Positions 58,097 through 64,000 of a stretch of DNA of 64,000 nt are shown piece by piece. The stretch comes from Chryseobacterium gleum. Lineage in GTDB: Bacteria; Bacteroidota; Bacteroidia; Flavobacteriales; Flavobacteriaceae. The notes beneath the pieces are model-generated. The model was not told the DNA's origin. It searched no databases and saw only the letters and a program-made list of their open reading frames with translations. The position numbers and the translations under genes were made by a program. The stretch covers positions 41 through 64,040 of the forward strand of contig CAMDGB010000009.1 of NCBI GenBank assembly GCA_945897915.1, given 5' to 3'. The stretch's first letter is position 1, and each line of letters opens with the position of its first letter.

Positions 58097-58128
58097 ATTG
58101 GCACATTGCCACATTGTCAAATTGAATA
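58097..58128. repeat. Octamer array ATTGGCAC ATTGCCAC ATTGTCAA ATTGAATA
   Basis: Fills most of the rfbA-rfbC gap; 14 nt identical to 51395-51408. Confidence 0.75.
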
Positions 58129-58129
58129 A

Positions 58130-58681
58130 ATGAATTTTATAGAGACAAAATTAAAAGGCTGTTTTATTTTAGAGCCAAAAGTAATACAAGATGACCGCGG
58201 TTATTTTATGGAAAGTTTCAACGAAAACACTTTTTCTGAAGGCGTAGGACAAAAAGTAACTTTTGTACAAGACAATCAGTCGTTTTCTTCAAAAGGCGTT
58301 TTACGTGGTTTACATTATCAAACAAGGGAACATGCACAAGCAAAATTAGTACGCGTTTTACAAGGAGAAGTATTAGATATTGCGGTTGATTTAAGACCTA
58401 ATTCACCGACTTTTGGACAATACGAAACGGTACTTTTAACAGCTGAAAATCAAACTCAATTTTTTATTCCAAGAGGTTTTGCCCACGGGTTTTTAGTGTT
58501 GAGCGATACAGCAACTTTCTTTTATAAATGTGATAATTTCTACAATAAAGAAAGTGAAGGCGGATTGATTTATAATGATGCATCTGTAAATATTGATTGG
58601 AATTTTCCAATTGAACAACTGATTATTTCAGAAAAAGATCAAATATTACCCACTTTAGACAACGCAAAAAAAGCATGGTAG
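58130..58681 (+). CDS. rfbC: dTDP-4-dehydrorhamnose 3,5-epimerase
   Basis: DDRGYFME, VQDNQS, LRGLHYQ, GFAHGF. Confidence 0.97.
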   Translation: MNFIETKLKGCFILEPKVIQDDRGYFMESFNENTFSEGVGQKVTFVQDNQSFSSKGVLRGLHYQTREHAQAKLVRVLQGEVLDIAVDLRPNSPTFGQYETVLLTAENQTQFFIPRGFAHGFLVLSDTATFFYKCDNFYNKESEGGLIYNDASVNIDWNFPIEQLIISEKDQILPTLDNAKKAW

Positions 58682-59532
58682 TTTTAGTAACAGGCGCAAA
58701 CGGACAATTAGGACAAGCTATCCGGTCGGTTGTAGGAAATTATCCTTCAATCGATTTTGTATTTTGTTCTTCATCAGAGTTAAATATTACAGATTCGTCA
58801 AATTGCGAGTCTGTTTTTGAAAAATATAAACCTCAATTTTGCATTAATGCAGCTGCTTATACAGCTGTTGACAAAGCGGAAACGGAATCAGAAAAAGCAT
58901 ACGCTATAAATGTTACAGGAGCGCAAAATTTAGCTTCAGTTTGTAAAGCGCACAACACCGTTTTATTGCATGTTTCAACCGATTTTGTTTTCGACGGCTT
59001 AGCAACACAACCTTATTCAGAAGGCGCTGTTCCAAATCCAACAGGTGTTTATGGAGTAACCAAATTACAAGGCGAACAAGCCATACAAAACACTTGGGAA
59101 AAGCATTTTATCATAAGAGCCTCTTGGGTATATTCGCAATTTGCCAATAATTTTATGAAAACCATGTTGCGATTGGCATCGGAAAGAGACAGTATATCTG
59201 TGGTTTCAGATCAAATCGGAACACCTACAAATGCTATAGACTTAGCGGAAACTTTAGTAAAAATAATACAATATTGTCATGCTGAACTTGTTTCAGCATC
59301 TAACTACGGAATTTACAACTTTAGTAACGAAGGACACTGTTCTTGGTACGATTTTACCAAAGAAATATTTAAAGTAAATAACATTTCCATAAATTTACAA
59401 CCTATACCAACATCCGCATATCCCACACCCGCAAAAAGACCAGCGTATAGTGTTTTGGATAAAAGTAAGATTAAAAAGGTTTTTGGTGTTGAGGTGAAAG
59501 ATTGGAAGGAAAGTTTAATAAAAGTAAAATGA
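58675..59532 (+). CDS. rfbD: dTDP-4-dehydrorhamnose reductase
   Basis: TGANGQLG, NAAAYTAVDKAE, STDFVFDG, YGVTK, DQIGTPT. Confidence 0.96.
   Translation: MVVLVTGANGQLGQAIRSVVGNYPSIDFVFCSSSELNITDSSNCESVFEKYKPQFCINAAAYTAVDKAETESEKAYAINVTGAQNLASVCKAHNTVLLHVSTDFVFDGLATQPYSEGAVPNPTGVYGVTKLQGEQAIQNTWEKHFIIRASWVYSQFANNFMKTMLRLASERDSISVVSDQIGTPTNAIDLAETLVKIIQYCHAELVSASNYGIYNFSNEGHCSWYDFTKEIFKVNNISINLQPIPTSAYPTPAKRPAYSVLDKSKIKKVFGVEVKDWKESLIKVK
59275..59301 (+). repeat. REP-like palindrome embedded in frame in rfbD
   Basis: TGTCATGCTGAACTTGTTTCAGCATCT encodes CHAELVSAS; same family as intergenic copies at 20127, 30873, 41098, 41231. Confidence 0.8.
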
Positions 59533-60590
59533 AAATAGTAGTAACAGGAGGAGCAGGCTTTGTAGGTTCTACATTATGTTTGCAGTTAAGAGAGAAATAT
59601 CCACATTACGAAATTGTGGCTTTTGACAACTTAAAAAGAAGAGGTTCAGAACTAAATTTAATTGATTTTCAAAAAAATGCGATTGATTTTATTCATGGAG
59701 ATATTAGAAACAACGAAGATTTGCACGCTTTGGGAAGTTTTGATGTTTTAATTGAAGCTTCCGCAGAGCCATCTGTTACGGCAGGATTGGATTCGGACCC
59801 AACTTATGTTATTAATAATAATTTATATGGTTCCATTAATTGTTTTAATGCTTGTATAAAAAATAAAGCAAAATTAATTTTTCTATCTACAAGCCGAGTG
59901 TATCCAATTGAAACGATTGAAAATGCGCTTTTTAATGAAGAAGCAACTAAATTTTTATTTAAAGATAGTCAAATAATAAAAGGTATTTCTTCCAAAGGTA
60001 TTTCTGAAGAATTATCTCTTGAAGGCGCACGTTCTTTTTATGGAACAACCAAATTAAGCTCAGAATTATTTATACATGAATACGCCACATTTTATGGTTT
60101 AAAAGCAGCCGTAACTAGATTTGGAGTGATTGCTGGCCCAAGACAAATGGGCAAAACAGACCAAGGCGTTGTTACATTATGGATGGCAAAACATTATTGG
60201 AAACAATCGTTAAAACATATTGGGTATGGAGGCAAGGGCAAACAAGTTAGAGATTTATTACATGTGGATGATTTGGTAGAGCTGATAGATTTTCAAATTC
60301 ATAACATTGAAAAATTTGTTGGAAAAGTTTATAATGTAGGTGGCGGATTACAAAACAGTGCTTCTTTACAAGAAATGACAGCAATTTGTGAAAAAATCAC
60401 AGGGAATAAAATTCAAATTGACGAAGTTGCCGAAACCAGAACCGCAGATTTAAGAATTTTTATCACAGATAATACAAAAATAGAAACTGAAATTGGCTGG
60501 AAACCAAAAAAATCAGTGGAAACTATTTTTAAAGACATTTATCTTTGGATTCAAGAAAATGAAAAACAGTTAGAATCAATTTTGAAGTAA
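59529..60590 (+). CDS. RfbE/CDP-paratose-2-epimerase-like extended SDR (copy 1)
   Basis: TGGAGFVG, FDNLKRRGSELN, YGTTK, GKQVRDLLH; ATGA overlap with rfbD stop gives start 59529. Confidence 0.8.
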   Translation: MKIVVTGGAGFVGSTLCLQLREKYPHYEIVAFDNLKRRGSELNLIDFQKNAIDFIHGDIRNNEDLHALGSFDVLIEASAEPSVTAGLDSDPTYVINNNLYGSINCFNACIKNKAKLIFLSTSRVYPIETIENALFNEEATKFLFKDSQIIKGISSKGISEELSLEGARSFYGTTKLSSELFIHEYATFYGLKAAVTRFGVIAGPRQMGKTDQGVVTLWMAKHYWKQSLKHIGYGGKGKQVRDLLHVDDLVELIDFQIHNIEKFVGKVYNVGGGLQNSASLQEMTAICEKITGNKIQIDEVAETRTADLRIFITDNTKIETEIGWKPKKSVETIFKDIYLWIQENEKQLESILK

Positions 60591-60591
60591 G

Positions 60592-62286
60592 ATGAAAATA
60601 GGCAATAAAAAATTATTAATAATTGATTCCTTTTTATCAATTTCCTTGATTATATATTTCTTTTATACATTCTTTTCAACCACTTCTAATATTCCAATTA
60701 ATGATGATTATTCAGTATTGGACAACTTTACCGATATTGTAAATGCCGATTCTTTTTTTGAAAAAATAAAACTGTTTTTTAAACAGCATAATGAGCACAG
60801 AATTTTATATGATAAATTATGGTTTTTTATCGATTATAAATCATCTCAACAAGTAAATTTCAATCATTTGTCATTAATTGGTAATTTATCATTATTGGGT
60901 ATTTTTATTTTCTTTCTACTTAAATTTAAAGAAAAAGCTGATAACACAATTTATTTGTTTCCATTAGCGGTTTTTATTTTTAATTTTTCTTTTCATGAGA
61001 ATATTACTTTTGCAATGGCAAATTTATCCAATTTTACAGTTGTATTATTCTCATTACTATCTCTACATTTTATAACTAAACCCAACATTACTAAAAAGAA
61101 TTTTATCTTAACTATTTTATTTTTAATACTTGCTATTTTTACTCAAGGCGCTGGTTTGTTTCTTATTTTAATTTTGTCAGTCATATTGTTTTTAAATAAA
61201 GAGAAAAAATATTTATTTCAGTTTCTAATTATTTCGTCAATATTAATTGTAATTTATTTTATCGATTACCAAAAGCCACCTAATAGTCCAGAAATAATAG
61301 AAACTTTAAGAAATTTTAAGTTCAGATCTTTTTTATTCTCATTTTCATTTTTAGGTAACATCTTCGCCAAAAATTTAATTTTCACTAATGATATTAACGA
61401 ATCATTGATGATTTCTACTGGTGTAGGCTTTTTGTTTTTTGTTTTTTATCTTTACTTGATTAAAATAAAATACTTTAGAAAAAACCTTTTTGTTTTTTCA
61501 GTAATGTCTTTATTTATTTTGATTTCATTTGTTACAGGAATAACTAGATCTCAGCTAGGTATTGATATGTCTATAGCTTCAAGATACAGAATAAATAGCT
61601 GTATTTTTTTAATTTGCATGATTTTCTTTTTTATTGAAAATACTCCAAAAATGAAGATTAATTTATGGTACTTAAATTCGGTTTTATTAGTATTTACTAC
61701 TGGATATTTTTTCGCAATGAGCTTTCCACAGCAAGAATATTTAGAATTTAGAAAAAAGCAGAATTATTATGGAGTGTTAAGTTACTATAACGGGAATCAC
61801 AAAAATTTAAATGGTTTTGAACAAGATTATTATAAAAACGTATTATTAAAAGCTAATGCTTCAGAAACTTATTTTTTACCAACTGAAGATTTAGTAAATA
61901 AAGAAATAAATTATTCTAATAAAATAGATGTAGACCTAAATAATTATGAAAGCAATTCTGTTTCGGGGAATATTGATAAAATTGAAAAATTACAAAACTC
62001 AGTTTATATTGAAGGGTGGGCTTTCATTGATGGTTTAAACACCAAAGACCAAGAAATAACCTTAGCTATTGAAGATACCATTCAAAACAGAAAAATATTT
62101 TTTAAAGGACAAAAATTTAAACGATATGATTTGAACCCATATTTTAAGAAAGCTAATTTAGAAAGTGCCGGATGTATTTTCAGGATTAAAAACCAAGATT
62201 TACCAGTTAACTATAATAAACTATATTTGCTTGTAGATAATAAAGGAAAAAAAAGAATTTTTAATTCAAAAAAAATTACACAATAA
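60592..62286 (+). CDS. Polytopic membrane protein, GT-C-like glycosyltransferase candidate with C-terminal soluble domain
   Basis: Acidic PINDDY motif after the first TM, QHNEHR, about 10 or more hydrophobic segments, ASRY, C-terminal IEGWAF beta-rich domain. Confidence 0.5.
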   Translation: MKIGNKKLLIIDSFLSISLIIYFFYTFFSTTSNIPINDDYSVLDNFTDIVNADSFFEKIKLFFKQHNEHRILYDKLWFFIDYKSSQQVNFNHLSLIGNLSLLGIFIFFLLKFKEKADNTIYLFPLAVFIFNFSFHENITFAMANLSNFTVVLFSLLSLHFITKPNITKKNFILTILFLILAIFTQGAGLFLILILSVILFLNKEKKYLFQFLIISSILIVIYFIDYQKPPNSPEIIETLRNFKFRSFLFSFSFLGNIFAKNLIFTNDINESLMISTGVGFLFFVFYLYLIKIKYFRKNLFVFSVMSLFILISFVTGITRSQLGIDMSIASRYRINSCIFLICMIFFFIENTPKMKINLWYLNSVLLVFTTGYFFAMSFPQQEYLEFRKKQNYYGVLSYYNGNHKNLNGFEQDYYKNVLLKANASETYFLPTEDLVNKEINYSNKIDVDLNNYESNSVSGNIDKIEKLQNSVYIEGWAFIDGLNTKDQEITLAIEDTIQNRKIFFKGQKFKRYDLNPYFKKANLESAGCIFRIKNQDLPVNYNKLYLLVDNKGKKRIFNSKKITQ

Positions 62287-63350
62287 TGAATATTTGTATC
62301 ATCACCGGTTCTTCTGGTTTAATTGGAAGCGAATCTGTAAGTTTTTTTGCAGAAAAATTTGACAAAGTTATTGGAATAGACAATAACATGAGAGCCAAAT
62401 TTTTTGGCGAAGACGCTTCAACGGAATGGAATACAAAAAGATTAATTGACACCATTCCTAATTTTGAACATCACCACGCAGATATTCGTAACATTGATGA
62501 ACTAGAAAATATTTTTTCAAAATACAATTCTGATATCAAATTGGTGGTTCACACCGCCGCACAACCCAGTCATGACTGGGCCGCAAATGAACCAATTACC
62601 GATTTTACCGTAAATGCAAACGGAACGTTGAATTTGTTAGAAACGACCAGATTGCATTGCGAAAAAGCAGTTTTTATTTTTACGTCCACTAATAAAGTAT
62701 ATGGTGACACACCAAATTATTTACCTTTAATTGAGTTAAACAAACGTTGGGAAATTGATGAAAATCACCCTTATTTTAAAGAAGGAATCGATGAAAACAT
62801 GAGTATAGATCACACGAAACATTCCTTATTTGGCGCTTCAAAAGTAGCTGCTGATGTGTTGGTACAAGAATATGGTAAATATTTTGGAATGAATACGGGG
62901 GTTTTCAGAGGTGGCTGTTTAACTGGGCCAAACCATTCAGGAACACAGTTACATGGTTTTCTTTCTTATTTAATGAAATGTGCTATTACAGGAGATAAAT
63001 ATACCGTTTTTGGATACAAAGGCAAACAAGTTAGAGATAACATTCACAGTTGGGATTTAGTAAACATGTTTTGGCATTTTTATCAAAACCCACAACAAGG
63101 GGAAGTCTATAATGCAGGAGGCGGAAGACACTCTAACTGTTCTATGGCAGAAGCCATTGAAATGTGCGAAAAAATTACAGGAAAACCAATGAATTATGAA
63201 TATTCTGAAACCAACAGAATTGGAGATCACATTTGGTGGGTAAGCGATGTAAGTAAATTCAAATCACATTATCCAGGATGGAATTGGAAGTATGATATTA
63301 ATGATATTTTAACTCAGATATACGAAAATATGTCTAAAAGAAATCATTAG
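62286..63350 (+). CDS. RfbE/CDP-paratose-2-epimerase-like extended SDR (copy 2)
   Basis: [40 protein letters not shown]. Confidence 0.8.
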   Translation: MNICIITGSSGLIGSESVSFFAEKFDKVIGIDNNMRAKFFGEDASTEWNTKRLIDTIPNFEHHHADIRNIDELENIFSKYNSDIKLVVHTAAQPSHDWAANEPITDFTVNANGTLNLLETTRLHCEKAVFIFTSTNKVYGDTPNYLPLIELNKRWEIDENHPYFKEGIDENMSIDHTKHSLFGASKVAADVLVQEYGKYFGMNTGVFRGGCLTGPNHSGTQLHGFLSYLMKCAITGDKYTVFGYKGKQVRDNIHSWDLVNMFWHFYQNPQQGEVYNAGGGRHSNCSMAEAIEMCEKITGKPMNYEYSETNRIGDHIWWVSDVSKFKSHYPGWNWKYDINDILTQIYENMSKRNH

Positions 63351-63353
63351 TCT

Positions 63354-64000
63354 ATGAAACTAAGTATTGTAATACCTGCGTACAATGAAGAAGAATCGAT
63401 TTCTGAAACTATAGAACAAATTGAAGCGGCCTTTTCAAAAGTAACTATTGAGCATGAAATTTTTATAGTTAATGACAATTCGAAAGATGGAACTTTAAAA
63501 GTTTTAGAAGCATTAGCACAAAAATATCCTGCAGTTAAATACGAAACCAATTTAGGACCCAATGGTTTTGGATATGCCGTTCGTTATGGACTGGAACGGT
63601 TTTCTGGGGACTGTGTGGCAGTTATGATGGCGGATTTATCCGATTCTCCAAATGATTTAATACTATATTATAACACAATGGTAGAAGGAAATTATGATTG
63701 TGTGTTTGGAAGTCGATTTATAAAGGGCGGTAAAGTAATTGATTATCCATGGGTTAAAAAAATTATAAACAGAATTGCTAATTTTATAATCAGAATGGTA
63801 ATGCGAATTAAGTATAACGATACCACAAACGCATTTAAATTATATAAAAGAGAAGTGATTGAAGGCGTAAAACCTATTTTATCACCTCATTTTAACTTAA
63901 CAATAGAGTTGCCTTTAAAAGCAATAATTAGAGGGTATTCATACACCGTTGTTCCTAATTCATGGACCAATAGAAAATATGGAGAATCCAAACTTAAAAT
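63354..64000 (+). CDS. DPM1/GtrB-like GT2 (polyprenol-phosphate glycosyltransferase), partial
   Basis: Not in ORF track because it runs off the window. Manual translation MKLSIVIPAYNEEESI...VNDNSKDGT...GFGYAV...MMADLSDSP...GSRF. Confidence 0.85.
   Translation, partial: MKLSIVIPAYNEEESISETIEQIEAAFSKVTIEHEIFIVNDNSKDGTLKVLEALAQKYPAVKYETNLGPNGFGYAVRYGLERFSGDCVAVMMADLSDSPNDLILYYNTMVEGNYDCVFGSRFIKGGKVIDYPWVKKIINRIANFIIRMVMRIKYNDTTNAFKLYKREVIEGVKPILSPHFNLTIELPLKAIIRGYSYTVVPNSWTNRKYGESKLK

Noticed and set aside
7231-58128. Tandem arrays as CRISPR repeats
   Set aside because: Units are 7-8 nt and contiguous, with no spacers and no cas genes.
1404-63562. The many 60-113 aa ORFs in the track that overlap larger genes on the opposite strand or in another frame (e.g. 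1404-1643, 5117-5455, 18062-18388, 25687-26007, 44552-44869, 63347-63562)
   Set aside because: Shadow ORFs of well-supported genes; no recognisable motifs.

Overview
A 64 kb chromosomal window from an AT-rich Bacteroidota genome, most likely Flavobacterium or a close relative. This rests on protein families, gene order and TAnnTTTG promoter boxes, not on a database search. Layout: (1) 1-15.0 kb is a Wzy-dependent capsule/EPS locus (upxY, atypical SDR, wza, wzc, convergent PHP phosphatase, a decayed WYL gene, a wHTH-nucleotidyltransferase-fold gene, nucleotide-sugar enzymes, glycosyltransferases, MurJ-like flippase, wzy). (2) 15.2-47.3 kb is mostly housekeeping (M13 and S41 peptidases, rnpA, mltD, pgk, holB, PIF1-like helicase, mnmG, ybeY, gltX, glnS, folB, tRNA-Cys, rnr) with four parS sites around mnmG. 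(3) 47.3-48.0 kb is a gene-free AT-rich rnr-rpiB interval with DnaA-box-like 9-mers where gene orientation switches, a candidate oriC. (4) 48.0-55.2 kb holds rpiB, tex, tatA, an M23-like protein lacking its catalytic domain, a GH3-family enzyme and a large protein with an AMP-nucleosidase-like C-terminus. (5) 55.2-64 kb is the start of a second glycan locus (wzz-like, rfbBACD, two RfbE-like SDRs, a GT-C-like membrane protein, a DPM1-like GT2 cut by the window edge). I saw no CRISPR array, rRNA, integrase or transposase. The most unusual signals are non-coding: period-7 and period-8 tandem arrays at gene junctions (several as inverted pairs), a dispersed REP-like palindrome with one copy in frame inside rfbD, and a duplicated tRNA-Cys 3' segment resembling an att scar. 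Functional interpretations are inferences from motifs read by eye.
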